In this document: piece after piece, positions 17,523 through 28,239 of the stretch
Position numbering within the stretch: position 1 is the first letter of the stretch
Layout: each line of letters starts with the position of its first letter
Source of the DNA: a virus
IMG/VR virus record: IMGVR_UViG_3300028844_004984
Length of the DNA: 64,000 bases
Direction: 5' to 3' (one strand)
Program-made: the position numbers and the translations under genes
Notes under the pieces: generated by a model
The model's database searches: none
Told to the model about the DNA's origin: nothing
The model's input: the letters and a program-made list of their open reading frames with translations, nothing else

Positions 17523-18920
17523 ATGAGTAAACAAAGAAAAAAACCTCTGATACTTCTGTTATCAGATGATTTAAGATTACATAGTGGTATAGCTACTATG
17601 TCAAAACAGATAGTGCTAAATACAGCACATAAATATGATTGGTTGCAGGTTGGAGCAGCAGTTAAACATCCCGATGAAGGTAAGTTCTTCGATGTATCTG
17701 ATTCTGTAAATGAAGAAGCGGGAATAGATAATGCGAGTGTTCGTATTATACCTCAGAGTGGATATGGTAATCAACAATTAATCAAACACCTAATTACTAC
17801 TGAGAATCCAGATGCCATTCTACACTTTACCGACCCTCGTTTTTGGGGATGGTTGTATGCAATGGAAGATGAGATTCGTAGACACATCCCAATTTTTTAC
17901 TACAACATTTGGGATGATTTGCCAGACCCAATGTGGAACGCACCATTCTATGGAAGTTGTGATTTGTTGATGGGTATCTCAAAACAAACATATGGTATCA
18001 ACAAAAGAGTAATGGATAAGTATGGTATGCCTATGGACGATTGGCAAATCCAATATGTACCACATGGTGTTTCAGATAAGTTTAAACCAATCGCTAAAGA
18101 TTCAGAAGAGTATCAGCATGTTTTAAAAATGAAATCTGATTTGGGCATTGTAGATAAGAAATTTGTGGTTCTGTATAATAACAGAAATATCAGACGTAAA
18201 AATCCTGGAGATGTGGTACTAGCATACAAAGAGTTTTGTGATACTCTAAGTGAAGATGAAGCAAAGGATGTAGTGCTACTATTCCATACATCAAAAGTAG
18301 ACCCGAATGGTACTGACCTGCCTGAAGTGGTTAAGAATGTATGTCCTGATTATGATGTAGTATTCACTAATCAGCAATATTCTACTGAAGAACTTAATCA
18401 TATTTACAACTTAGCAGATGTTACAATTAATATGGCATCAAATGAGGGATTTGGGTTGGCTACATGCGAATCCGCTAATGCTGGAACACCCATTATTGTA
18501 AACGTTACTGGTGGGATGCAAGACCAGTGTGGATTTACAATTGATGGTAAATACATTGAAGCAGATGAATATGTTAAAATTGGCTCTCTACATGATAAGA
18601 AGAAACTACCTCATAATTTAAGTTGGGGTAGTTGGGTAAACCCAATATGGCCAACGAATCGTTCACTACAGGGTTCACCAGCAACACCATACATTTTCGA
18701 TGATAGATGTTCTTTTGAAGATGCGGGTAAGGCAATACGGCAGTGGTATGATACTACTGAAGAACGTAGAATCGAATGCGGGTTGGAAGGTTCTGAGTGG
18801 ATGAAATCAAAAGAAAGTGGTATGAGTTCTAAGGAGATGGGAACTCGATTTATTGATGCTATGGAAACAGCATTTAAAAAATGGCAACCTATAAATAAAG
18901 TAACATTATGGAAGATATAA
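17523..18920 (+). CDS. GT4-family glycosyltransferase
   Basis: VPHG, NRNIRRK, NEGFGLATCE. Confidence 0.88.
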   Translation: MSKQRKKPLILLLSDDLRLHSGIATMSKQIVLNTAHKYDWLQVGAAVKHPDEGKFFDVSDSVNEEAGIDNASVRIIPQSGYGNQQLIKHLITTENPDAILHFTDPRFWGWLYAMEDEIRRHIPIFYYNIWDDLPDPMWNAPFYGSCDLLMGISKQTYGINKRVMDKYGMPMDDWQIQYVPHGVSDKFKPIAKDSEEYQHVLKMKSDLGIVDKKFVVLYNNRNIRRKNPGDVVLAYKEFCDTLSEDEAKDVVLLFHTSKVDPNGTDLPEVVKNVCPDYDVVFTNQQYSTEELNHIYNLADVTINMASNEGFGLATCESANAGTPIIVNVTGGMQDQCGFTIDGKYIEADEYVKIGSLHDKKKLPHNLSWGSWVNPIWPTNRSLQGSPATPYIFDDRCSFEDAGKAIRQWYDTTEERRIECGLEGSEWMKSKESGMSSKEMGTRFIDAMETAFKKWQPINKVTLWKI

Positions 18921-20236
18921 AAAAGTTTTGTGTAGTTAGTTGTCCTATTTCAACCAGAAGTGGTTATGGGGCTCGTAGTAGAGATTTTGTAAGGGCTTTG
19001 ATTAAATCGAAGCCGGACTGGGATATCCAAATCTTATCACAGAGATGGGGGCAGACTGCAATGGATGCGTTGGCACCAGGAATCGATGATGATTTGTTAA
19101 ATAGAATCATTACAAAAAAAGAAGATAAAAAACCAAATGTTTGGATTCAGATTACTGTTCCAAATGAGTTTCAACCTGTAGGTGATTATAACATCGGTGT
19201 AACTGCTGGTGTTGAAACGACTATCATGCCTCCTGAGTGTTTAGAGGGTATGAATCGTATGGATAAGGTATTGGTATCATCTAACTTTACCAAAGAGGTT
19301 ATTCAAAAGACTGTGTTTGATAAGAAGGATGAGAAAACAAACCAATCGGTCGGTCAGTTGAAATGTGAAACTCCCATTGAGGTACTATTTGAGGGTATTA
19401 ATTTGGATATCTACAATAATAAGGCAGAGCGTGAACCAGCGATTGATGATGTTATGCGTGATGTATCGGAATCGTTTTGTTTCCTATTCGTTGGGCATTG
19501 GCTGCAAGGAGATTTTATGCAAGATAGAAAGAATGTATCAGGTCTAATATGGACATTCTTAAATGCGTTTAAGAACAAAACGAAACAACCAGCACTCATA
19601 CTAAAAACCAGTAGGGGTAATACTTCTTTGGTGGATAGACATGAACTTAGAAAAATAATCCAACAGATAAAATCACAATGTGATTCAACCCGACTTCCTA
19701 ATATATACCTACTACATTCTGATTTGACAGATGAGGAAATGAACGCTCTGTACAACCACCCGAAGGTAAAAGCACACGTATCATTTACTCGTGGTGAGGG
19801 ATTTGGTAGACCGTTGTTGGAAGCTACCATTAGTGGTAAACCAATGGTTGTATCAGGATGGTCTGGTCAAACGGATTTTTTGAATCCTGAGTACGTTAAT
19901 CTTATAAATGGTAAGCTAACACAGGTACACAAATCCGCATCGGATAAGAAGTTCCTTTTGAATGAAGCTTCTTGGTTTGAGATTGATTACAATATGGCGG
20001 GTAGTACTATGAAGGATATGGTTGATAACTATAAGAAGTACTTAGAGAAGTCCAGAAAGCATAGACAGTACACAAAAGATAGATTTACCTTTAACCATAT
20101 GGTAGAACTATTGGGTACTCGACTTGAGGATGTAAACTCTAAACCACAAACTGTTGGATTAAAACTACCAAAGTTGAAGAAGAAAGAAGAACCGAAAAAA
20201 GTAGAACTACCTAAATTGAAAAAGGTAACTAACTAA
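18908..20236 (+). CDS. GT4-family glycosyltransferase
   Basis: SGYG, DRKN, RGEGFGRPLLEA. Confidence 0.88.
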   Translation: MEDIKKFCVVSCPISTRSGYGARSRDFVRALIKSKPDWDIQILSQRWGQTAMDALAPGIDDDLLNRIITKKEDKKPNVWIQITVPNEFQPVGDYNIGVTAGVETTIMPPECLEGMNRMDKVLVSSNFTKEVIQKTVFDKKDEKTNQSVGQLKCETPIEVLFEGINLDIYNNKAEREPAIDDVMRDVSESFCFLFVGHWLQGDFMQDRKNVSGLIWTFLNAFKNKTKQPALILKTSRGNTSLVDRHELRKIIQQIKSQCDSTRLPNIYLLHSDLTDEEMNALYNHPKVKAHVSFTRGEGFGRPLLEATISGKPMVVSGWSGQTDFLNPEYVNLINGKLTQVHKSASDKKFLLNEASWFEIDYNMAGSTMKDMVDNYKKYLEKSRKHRQYTKDRFTFNHMVELLGTRLEDVNSKPQTVGLKLPKLKKKEEPKKVELPKLKKVTN

Positions 20237-20760
20237 TGGCTGGGTATTACAATACACATCTAAGGAAAACATCAGACCCCACTCCAATTACGAAAACTAA
20301 AATGGAGAGGGGTATGGTGGTTAAAATTAAGTACAAAAAAGATACAGGTACAAAGTTGTATTTGGTATTTGTACTACAACCAAAATGGCCAAATACGACT
20401 GAAGGTAAGTTACATGGTCTATCCTTAGATGCAGTATCTCCTGGTAAACTTTTAGAAATAGCAGAAATCTACAATGAAGTGATATCAAAATCATCAAAGG
20501 TTAAAAGATTAGATTTAGCTAAGATTCAAATCAACGAAGCATCTAAAGTGTTCTATACATCAGAAATCAAAACTGAGAAACAACTGAAGGCATCGTATCG
20601 TACATTCAATCTATTAGATATTAAATCAGTTCAAGCAGTAAACTATGATTGGGGTAAATTTGATTTGGTTCCTGATAGAGATGCTAGAAGAAAACAGATG
20701 GAAGAGGAAGCTAAGATGAGAAAAGAAGCTGCTGAGGCTAAGAAGGAATTGGGTAACTAA
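20236..20760 (+). CDS. Hypothetical protein, possibly T4 gp2 (DNA end protector)-like
   Basis: G.VV...Y, LHGLSLD..P, YRTF...IKS resemble gp2-type motifs; weak. Confidence 0.4.
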   Translation: MAGYYNTHLRKTSDPTPITKTKMERGMVVKIKYKKDTGTKLYLVFVLQPKWPNTTEGKLHGLSLDAVSPGKLLEIAEIYNEVISKSSKVKRLDLAKIQINEASKVFYTSEIKTEKQLKASYRTFNLLDIKSVQAVNYDWGKFDLVPDRDARRKQMEEEAKMRKEAAEAKKELGN

Positions 20761-20818
20761 CTGATTATCAACACGATAGCTATGATAGTGAGCACAAAAG
20801 TAAAAAGTACGGATGATA

Positions 20819-20850
20819 TTTGTTTAAATGAACATTTTTTCGTATATTAG
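20819..20850 (+). promoter_or_regulatory. Bacteroidota-type promoter
   Basis: TTTGT-N19-TATATTAG. Confidence 0.7.
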
Positions 20851-20868
20851 TAGTAATATAGATACATT

Positions 20869-21492
20869 ATGAAAATAAGTTACGCAGTTACAGTATGTAA
20901 CGAATTAGTTGAAATACAAAAATTGATTCCATTTCTACTGAAGAACAAACGCAGTGAGGATGAGATTGTGGTACTTTTTGATTCTGAGAATGGCTCATCT
21001 TCTGTAGAAGAGTATTTAAGAACACATTCTGTAAATGGGCAATATTACTGGTTTAAGTATGGGTTCGATGGCCACTTCGCTGATATGAAGAATGAACTTA
21101 CCAAACATTGTAATGGTGATTACATTTTTCAGATTGATGCGGATGAGATACCACACGAAACGTTGATAGAGAATTTATCAGATATTTTGGAAGCAAATGA
21201 TATAGATGTGATTCTCGTACCACGAGTAAATACAGTTGAGGGGTTAACTCAAAACCACATTCAAAAGTGGGGATGGAACGTCAATGAGAAAGGTTGGGTA
21301 AATTGGCCAGATGTTCAATGGAGAATCTATAAGAATTCAGAATCCATCCAATGGGAGAATAAGGTACATGAGAAGCTTGTTGGATACAAAACAATATCCC
21401 ATCTACCAGTTCAAGAGGAACTAGCACTATACCATCCAAAAAATATAGAGCGACAAGAAAAACAAAATGAATATTACAATACATTAACCTGA
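20869..21492 (+). CDS. GT2-family glycosyltransferase
   Basis: IDADE, WPD.Q.R, W..KVHE. Confidence 0.85.
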   Translation: MKISYAVTVCNELVEIQKLIPFLLKNKRSEDEIVVLFDSENGSSSVEEYLRTHSVNGQYYWFKYGFDGHFADMKNELTKHCNGDYIFQIDADEIPHETLIENLSDILEANDIDVILVPRVNTVEGLTQNHIQKWGWNVNEKGWVNWPDVQWRIYKNSESIQWENKVHEKLVGYKTISHLPVQEELALYHPKNIERQEKQNEYYNTLT

Positions 21493-22334
21493 TGAGCATG
21501 AAAAGAAATATTGGGATTATTGGGCAGGGTTTTGTAGGTAACGCTATTTATCAGAAGTTTAAGAATTACTTTGAGGTATCAACATTTGATTTAGATAAAT
21601 CTAAGAGAAACACAGATACATTAGAATCTGTGGTTAAAAATTCAGATGTTGTGTTTGTGTGTGTACCTACACCAATGCGTAGAATTGATGGTACGTGTGA
21701 TATTAGCATAGTTGAATCAGTTCTAACCGAAATCAATAATGTGGGTAAGGATGTGATTACCGTAATCAAATCAACAATTCCACCAACTACAACTGAAATG
21801 TTTAATGAAACGTTTTCTAACTTAACGGTAGTTTTCAATCCTGAGTTTTTAACTGAGGCAAACGCAGTTAGTGATTTTGAAAACCAATCTAAGATTATTT
21901 TAGGAGGACCGAAAAAAGGAACTACACTACTGAAGCAAATTTATCGATTAGTATTTCCAACAACACCCATCATTAAGACGGGCTCGACTCATGCAGAGAT
22001 GGTAAAGTACCTAACAAATTCATTTTTAGCAACAAAAGTATCATTCGCAAACGAGATGTATCAGATTTGTGATAAACTTGGTTTGGATTATGATAAAGTT
22101 GTTGAGTATTCAACTTACGATGATAGATTAGGAAAATCCCATTGGGCGGTTCCTGGACCAGATGGGGATTTTGGATATGGTGGGCATTGTTTTCCAAAAG
22201 ATGTTAAAGCATTAATTCATTTAGCAGAAGAATTAGAATTGTATCCAACTATGTTAAGAGCTACTGATAAGAAAAACAACGTGGTTCGGAAAAATAGGGA
22301 TTGGGAACAAATGGAAGGTAGAGCGGTATCATAA
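21492..22334 (+). CDS. UDP-glucose/GDP-mannose 6-dehydrogenase (short, phage type)
   Basis: GQGFVG, CVPTP, KSTIPP, NPEFL, GYGGHCFPKD. Confidence 0.9.
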   Translation: MSMKRNIGIIGQGFVGNAIYQKFKNYFEVSTFDLDKSKRNTDTLESVVKNSDVVFVCVPTPMRRIDGTCDISIVESVLTEINNVGKDVITVIKSTIPPTTTEMFNETFSNLTVVFNPEFLTEANAVSDFENQSKIILGGPKKGTTLLKQIYRLVFPTTPIIKTGSTHAEMVKYLTNSFLATKVSFANEMYQICDKLGLDYDKVVEYSTYDDRLGKSHWAVPGPDGDFGYGGHCFPKDVKALIHLAEELELYPTMLRATDKKNNVVRKNRDWEQMEGRAVS

Positions 22335-23173
22335 TGCAGTTTTGGAGAACATACAATAATAGAGTACATCCCGTAGGTGAGGTTGCACAATTGGGGTTTC
22401 CATTATCCGAACCATCGTACATACCAGATGAGTATTTGGATGGTCAAAACTTTGTGATTCTACGAACGTGTTTCGGATTGGGTGATTGGGGTATCATATC
22501 AGCATTCCCACGTAAATTGAAAGAGAAGTATCCCGATTGTAAAGTTTGGATACCATCTCCGAAGTTACTGAGAGAAATGTTTGGGGGATTAGCACATAAT
22601 TGGTCTGCTTGGGATGACCCATTTCAGGTAGTACATTCTATCTTTGATAACAATCCATATGTAGATGGGTTTATTGATTCTTTTGAGGGGGAAGTGTTCA
22701 ACGACCACTATCGTATTACAGATGGTGGAGATACTCCCCTAATGGAAGAATTGTTGAGGTTTTGGCAATTTGATGAGTTTGAGGATATCGAACCCGAACT
22801 ATACTTTAGCGATGAAGAAAAATCACTTGGTGACCGAATCATCAAAGAACATTGTGATGGGGATTTCGGAACTCTTCTAATCTCAAATAGATTTGATGGC
22901 GATGGGGTTGATAAAATCCAACAAAAAATTAATGAGTATGACCTAACTATGTTCTACTGGACTAAATCTACTGATGTGGGGTTGGATTTCAAAAAAGCAT
23001 TGGATATGAGACACATCAACACTCGTATTCAGTTATACATCAAAACAAAGGCAAAGTTTAATGTAGGTAACCAAACTGGGGTGAATGATACCATCGCAAA
23101 CTATTCACCAACCTATACAATTGCCAGACCTAATCTTGGGTCAAACTTGGTTAGAAGTGAGATTTATTTATGA
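22334..23173 (+). CDS. Putative GT9-like glycosyltransferase
   Basis: GLGD, KYPD, NNPYVD, PELYFS..E, VGNQTG. Confidence 0.6.
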   Translation: MQFWRTYNNRVHPVGEVAQLGFPLSEPSYIPDEYLDGQNFVILRTCFGLGDWGIISAFPRKLKEKYPDCKVWIPSPKLLREMFGGLAHNWSAWDDPFQVVHSIFDNNPYVDGFIDSFEGEVFNDHYRITDGGDTPLMEELLRFWQFDEFEDIEPELYFSDEEKSLGDRIIKEHCDGDFGTLLISNRFDGDGVDKIQQKINEYDLTMFYWTKSTDVGLDFKKALDMRHINTRIQLYIKTKAKFNVGNQTGVNDTIANYSPTYTIARPNLGSNLVRSEIYL

Positions 23174-23844
23174 GAGTAGTAGTATATACAGCGATTATTG
23201 GTGGGTATGACACACTTAATGAACCACTCGTAAAACCAGATGGTGTGGACTTTGTTTGTTTTACCGATAGGGATATGGAATCTGAAACTTGGGAGATTCA
23301 AAAGGTAACCCCATTGTATGATGATAACACACGAACTGCACGGAAGTATAAGGTATTACCACATCGGTGGTTTTCAGATTACGATGTGAGTATTTGGGTA
23401 GATGGTAATAAGGTTATAGCGGGTGATGTTTTAGATTACATCTCACAATTGGGAGAGGGTAATCTTTCACTGTTTGACCATATGGAATGTTTCGATAAAA
23501 GAAATTGTGTGTATCAAGAAGCAAATGCTATTTTTAAGTTAGGGCAAGAGCCGGGTAAAACTTACAAAGATAACCCATTAACTATAAAATCCCAAATGGA
23601 ACGATATCTTTCTGAAGGATATCCACAAAATAATGGATTGGCATTTACTTGCGTTGTGGTTCGGAAACACAACGACTCAGATACCATCAATCTGATGGAA
23701 AATTGGTGGACTGAAATAAAATATGGTTCTAAGAGAGACCAGTTAAGTTTTGATTACGTTGCTTGGAAAAATAACTATGATTTTAAGTATCTAAGTGGTG
23801 ATGGTAGAAATGATGGTATAATAACACATAAACCACACCTATGA
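23170..23844 (+). CDS. DUF616 (TOD1/MUCI70)-like glycosyltransferase
   Basis: VYTAI.GGYD.L, K.LPH, WVDGN, RDQLSF.Y. Confidence 0.8.
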   Translation: MRVVVYTAIIGGYDTLNEPLVKPDGVDFVCFTDRDMESETWEIQKVTPLYDDNTRTARKYKVLPHRWFSDYDVSIWVDGNKVIAGDVLDYISQLGEGNLSLFDHMECFDKRNCVYQEANAIFKLGQEPGKTYKDNPLTIKSQMERYLSEGYPQNNGLAFTCVVVRKHNDSDTINLMENWWTEIKYGSKRDQLSFDYVAWKNNYDFKYLSGDGRNDGIITHKPHL

Positions 23845-24833
23845 AACGTATATTGTTCATAACATCTCAATATAGGGCTGGTGAGCGGATATACCCAATA
23901 TTACCCCAATTGTGCGGTAAGTACTCAGTAGACCTTCTAAAGGTTTATCAGATGAATCAAAAGCATAAATGGGTTGGTGATGTTGATTTACGAGCAGCGT
24001 TTGATTCTAAATATCTTCATATGTTCAATGAGGTGTTAGAGGGTAATTGTGATATATCAAAATATGATTTGATTATATCAGATGATAACCGAAATAGCCA
24101 CAAAACGAACTTTAAAAAACTATACGATACTAAGGGATGTGATTGGTTGGCATGTTCACATGGTAACTCAGATAAACCATATTTCGATGAAGGGTTGGGT
24201 GTTGTATTTGATAAGTGCTTTGTATTCGGAGATAAGGATGTAAATCACAATTCAAAAATAGCATTGGGAATCCCATCAAACGATACATTGGGGAACTACA
24301 TGGATTCTGATAAAAAACACATATTAGTGGTTGTTAATTTTTTGGGTAATCGGAAATCACCATTCAGAATCAATTTTGATGAAACCTTCTTTAAGAATCC
24401 AAATCTGATTAGACTCCAAAAACACTATGGATTACCAGTAGTATTTAAGTTGAAGAGTAGAGCAGATGAGCGGGGGTATCAACATAACGTAGATTACATC
24501 AAAAAAGTAACTCCAAATGAGTTAGAATTTAGTGTGATTGTAGATGTTGAAAATGATAACAAATTGATATCAGAAAGTGTGTGTGTGATATCCGCACCAT
24601 CGACGTTCGCATTTAAATCTATTCAACTCAATATACCAACCATACTAATCAAAGACTCGGGTCAGCTTGGTAGTTTTTATGATTTTGATGGTGTATTTAA
24701 TTTTGGAGATGGTGTATTTGAGTATCTAACAACAAATAAAGATTACACAGATTGGTTAAATCGAACGATAGCAGGTTCCACCACATTTACCTCCACCAAT
24801 TTGATGATAAATTACATAGATTCATTGTTATGA
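23841..24833 (+). CDS. Putative GT-B glycan biosynthesis protein
   Basis: SHG, GIPSND, ST.AF....L.IPT; position in glycan island. Confidence 0.45.
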   Translation: MKRILFITSQYRAGERIYPILPQLCGKYSVDLLKVYQMNQKHKWVGDVDLRAAFDSKYLHMFNEVLEGNCDISKYDLIISDDNRNSHKTNFKKLYDTKGCDWLACSHGNSDKPYFDEGLGVVFDKCFVFGDKDVNHNSKIALGIPSNDTLGNYMDSDKKHILVVVNFLGNRKSPFRINFDETFFKNPNLIRLQKHYGLPVVFKLKSRADERGYQHNVDYIKKVTPNELEFSVIVDVENDNKLISESVCVISAPSTFAFKSIQLNIPTILIKDSGQLGSFYDFDGVFNFGDGVFEYLTTNKDYTDWLNRTIAGSTTFTSTNLMINYIDSLL

Positions 24834-25585
24834 GAATAAGAGTAAAAGAAACGGATACATATCCATTAGTTGTACATGCCAATGGTAAATCAAAACGAAG
24901 CGGTAAGTTGTATTCAGAAATCGAACAAAAGTTCAAAAGCCAAACCACACCAATTACAGATGATGATTCTGATGTAACTATAGTTTCTTGGAAGGGTGGT
25001 AAGTATGAAAATACAGAGATGGTATTAGAAACCTGTATGGGAATGTACAACCATCCGATGAAAACTCTACCTTGGCCAACAAACACCAATTTTTGGGAAG
25101 GTTCTAAGTATAAGATAAATGGTACGTTAGAATATCTAAGAGATGTAGATACGAAATACTTTATGTGGTTTGATATCAGCGATGTGATACTATTACAATC
25201 CCCATCTGAGGTTTTGAAAACGTATAAGGAACACTTTGATGGTAAGTTGGTATTCAACGCGGAGAGAAATCACTACCCTAAAGAAAACAGACAGGGTGGC
25301 TGGTCTGAAGAGTTAAAACAACAATATAAATCATTAGAAGAATACGATAACACATTCAAATCAACATTCAGATATATGAATACTGGGTGTTGTGTTGGTA
25401 AAACTTCAGTTGTTATTGAGTTCTTAGAAAGATGCCAGAAGTGGATGAACGAACAAATTAACGATACTGTTGCTGGTAGACTTGCACAAAGAGAGATGGA
25501 GTCTGATGTTGTGGTTGATAGAGATTGTAAGCTGTTCGTTTGTTTGTATGATGTTAACCCAAATGAAATAGAAATATATGAGTAA
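24830..25585 (+). CDS. PLOD-GT-like glycosyltransferase (apparently circularly permuted)
   Basis: FD.SDV, FNAE.N.YP, YMNTG..VG, D..CKLF; P.VVHANG at the N-terminus; ATG 24830. Confidence 0.65.
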   Translation: MRIRVKETDTYPLVVHANGKSKRSGKLYSEIEQKFKSQTTPITDDDSDVTIVSWKGGKYENTEMVLETCMGMYNHPMKTLPWPTNTNFWEGSKYKINGTLEYLRDVDTKYFMWFDISDVILLQSPSEVLKTYKEHFDGKLVFNAERNHYPKENRQGGWSEELKQQYKSLEEYDNTFKSTFRYMNTGCCVGKTSVVIEFLERCQKWMNEQINDTVAGRLAQREMESDVVVDRDCKLFVCLYDVNPNEIEIYE

Positions 25586-26522
25586 GGTAGCAGTTTATAT
25601 ATCATCAAGAAACAACTATTCGTTGTTAGAAGAGTTTATTGAGAGAAACAAAGCGGAGTTAGAAAACGTATACTTCGTTAACATAGATGATTTCTCAGAT
25701 AAAGGTGAAATTATCTTAGGCCGTTCAATATGTGCTAAGTATAATATCCCATTCATAGAGAATCGGGCCAGAGGACTTCAGAATGCCACAAAAACTATGA
25801 TTGAACACTTAGATAGAGTTGATAAGAGCTATAAGTATATTCTGTGGATGACGCATGATTCACATACGATAACAGATAACTTTGTATCTAAATTTGATAG
25901 TATTGTTTCAACGGGTGTTCTCGATGAATTTGGTGTTGTTGGGTTCAACATCTTAGGACCTCAGTGTCACGTTAGAAATCAATCTAAAGTTTCACCAAAT
26001 CAATGTGGTATGTTAGGTAGAGCACCACTAACAAAACTACCAGGTCGTGGTGGGTGGTATAGAACTCCTGATATGGTTTTAGATTGGGATATTTGGGGTG
26101 GTAGTAGAGCAATAGCTGTAGAATCTCCTGTAGATATGACCCTCGCTATCAACATCGATATGTTTAAGAAATATATTGATGTGAGCGGCCAGTATCATTT
26201 GTTTTGTGCATTTGATGATATTTGTATGCAGTTCTTAAATCGTGGTGTGTACAATGTAACCCTACCACATCTACAAATATGGCATGACCAGCATATTAAA
26301 GATGGTAAGGTGCCGGTAAAATCCGCCACTGCCGCAAAGAAAGGTGATTCGAAGCACTTTGGTGATTATGGGCCTCATTTAGTTAAATGGAAATCTTCTT
26401 GGGGATGGGATCGTGATGATGTTAGAAATACATTCCCAACCGATAGATATCCAAATGGACTGATTCGTGAGTTTTACGACCACGACTATACAAACGGACC
26501 AATTAAAACATTTGAGTTATGA
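25578..26522 (+). CDS. GT2-like glycosyltransferase
   Basis: SRNNY, IDDFSD, THD, DDIC. Confidence 0.65.
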   Translation: MSKVAVYISSRNNYSLLEEFIERNKAELENVYFVNIDDFSDKGEIILGRSICAKYNIPFIENRARGLQNATKTMIEHLDRVDKSYKYILWMTHDSHTITDNFVSKFDSIVSTGVLDEFGVVGFNILGPQCHVRNQSKVSPNQCGMLGRAPLTKLPGRGGWYRTPDMVLDWDIWGGSRAIAVESPVDMTLAINIDMFKKYIDVSGQYHLFCAFDDICMQFLNRGVYNVTLPHLQIWHDQHIKDGKVPVKSATAAKKGDSKHFGDYGPHLVKWKSSWGWDRDDVRNTFPTDRYPNGLIREFYDHDYTNGPIKTFEL

Positions 26523-27439
26523 AAATAGCAGTAATAACACCAATAAAACACCTAGATGGGGTATATGATTTACTTCAGACAAAGGGTGAAGTTTTTATGT
26601 TGGAAGAGGGTGATATAAATGAAGTAAGGGAGCTTCTTATAAAAGAGCAGATTGACACGATTATTTGTAATCCAAATCAACAAACCTACAAGATTGACTA
26701 TTCACTATTGTACAATACAAATGTATCCCTAATCAACACTTGTTCAACTGGTATGAACCACATTGATGTTGACTATTGTAATAAGGAAGGAATTAAAATA
26801 TACTCACTCACCAAAGACTACGACCTCATCAATGACCTACCATCTACTTCAGAGTTGGCATTTGGGTTACTCCTTGATTTGATGAGAAATATCACAATAT
26901 CAAACAATGTAACCAAAAGAGACAAGAGTTGGGACTACCTACCATTCGTAGGTCAGCAAATGAAAGACTATAAAGTTGGCATCGTTGGGTATGGTAGATT
27001 AGGTAAGATGATGGCTAAGTTTTGTAGAGCATTTGATGCCGAGGTTTACATCTACGACCCATATTCAGATGAGTCTAACATTGACACATTAGAAGAGTTG
27101 TTTGATATATGTGATGCAGTATCACTCCACGTTCACGTGTCCGATGAGACAAAATATATGATTAACTACGACTTACTATCTCGTGGTGTGAAGTTTTTGG
27201 TGAACACATCTCGTGGTGAGATTGTAAACGAATATGATGTAATTCGTGCGTTGAAAGAGAATAAGTTGTGGGGGTATGGAACTGATGTGATTGAAGATGA
27301 ATTTGGTGGGGATATTGGAATTTCACCCTTCTTTAATTTGGAAAATAGAGAATTAAATTGTATATTTACACCACATACAGGTGGAATGACTATACAAGGT
27401 CAAACAAAAGCGTATAAATGGGCAGTGAACAAACTATGA
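26519..27439 (+). CDS. D-isomer-specific 2-hydroxyacid dehydrogenase
   Basis: TG.NHID, GYGRLG, NTSRG, DV..DE, TPH.GG. Confidence 0.9.
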   Translation: MKIAVITPIKHLDGVYDLLQTKGEVFMLEEGDINEVRELLIKEQIDTIICNPNQQTYKIDYSLLYNTNVSLINTCSTGMNHIDVDYCNKEGIKIYSLTKDYDLINDLPSTSELAFGLLLDLMRNITISNNVTKRDKSWDYLPFVGQQMKDYKVGIVGYGRLGKMMAKFCRAFDAEVYIYDPYSDESNIDTLEELFDICDAVSLHVHVSDETKYMINYDLLSRGVKFLVNTSRGEIVNEYDVIRALKENKLWGYGTDVIEDEFGGDIGISPFFNLENRELNCIFTPHTGGMTIQGQTKAYKWAVNKL

Positions 27440-28239
27440 AATATTTTTTAGAAGATTTAGAAAACTATGTAGGTGAAGTCGGTGGACATCATTCAGATAA
27501 TGATAGCACTACCGAAGATGGAAACCACGGAATTGCATTACACATATTCGACAATATTGGCATACAGCACGAATATGTTTTAGATATTGGCGCATTTTCA
27601 TACAATGCATCAAATGTTACACCCATTATGGATAAGTATAATATCGATGGGTTGTTATTGGATGGAAAAAATAAATACAGAGATAAGCGAATTACAGAAG
27701 TTTGGTTAGAGCCCGATAATGTAGTAGATATACTTGAGTCTCACAATTGTCCAAAAAACTTAGATTACTTATCAATTGATATTGATAATATGGACTATTG
27801 GATTCTTAAATCCGTATTGGAAGGTGGGTATTCTTCAAATTTAATTGTATTAGAATTCAATCCAATTTTTGATAATCACGAACCATATGCTAAAAAATAT
27901 CAAAAGGGCGCGAAAAAGAAAGATAGTCAAACCGCACTTAGTTCTAACTATGGTGCAAGTTTACACGCATTTCAAAAATTATTGTCAAATTATGGTTATA
28001 GATTGATTCACGTTGTTACACAAAACGAATATGGGCAACCATCATCGAACAACGCATTTTTTATCAAAGATGAGTTTGATACGGATAACCTATTTAAAGA
28101 TGGTGTTTCCACTATAAATAAAGTATTCACCACACCATTCGTAGAGAAGTTCAAACAAAAGGGCAATAACTCGAAGTTCAAAACCACCGATGTGGGTGTA
28201 GTGAAAGATACTCTAATAAAAAGTTTTGTAGAAGTATGA
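27436..28239 (+). CDS. FkbM-like SAM methyltransferase
   Basis: LDIGA, DYLSIDID..DYW, EFN, YGASL, NAFF. Confidence 0.7.
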   Translation: MKYFLEDLENYVGEVGGHHSDNDSTTEDGNHGIALHIFDNIGIQHEYVLDIGAFSYNASNVTPIMDKYNIDGLLLDGKNKYRDKRITEVWLEPDNVVDILESHNCPKNLDYLSIDIDNMDYWILKSVLEGGYSSNLIVLEFNPIFDNHEPYAKKYQKGAKKKDSQTALSSNYGASLHAFQKLLSNYGYRLIHVVTQNEYGQPSSNNAFFIKDEFDTDNLFKDGVSTINKVFTTPFVEKFKQKGNNSKFKTTDVGVVKDTLIKSFVEV

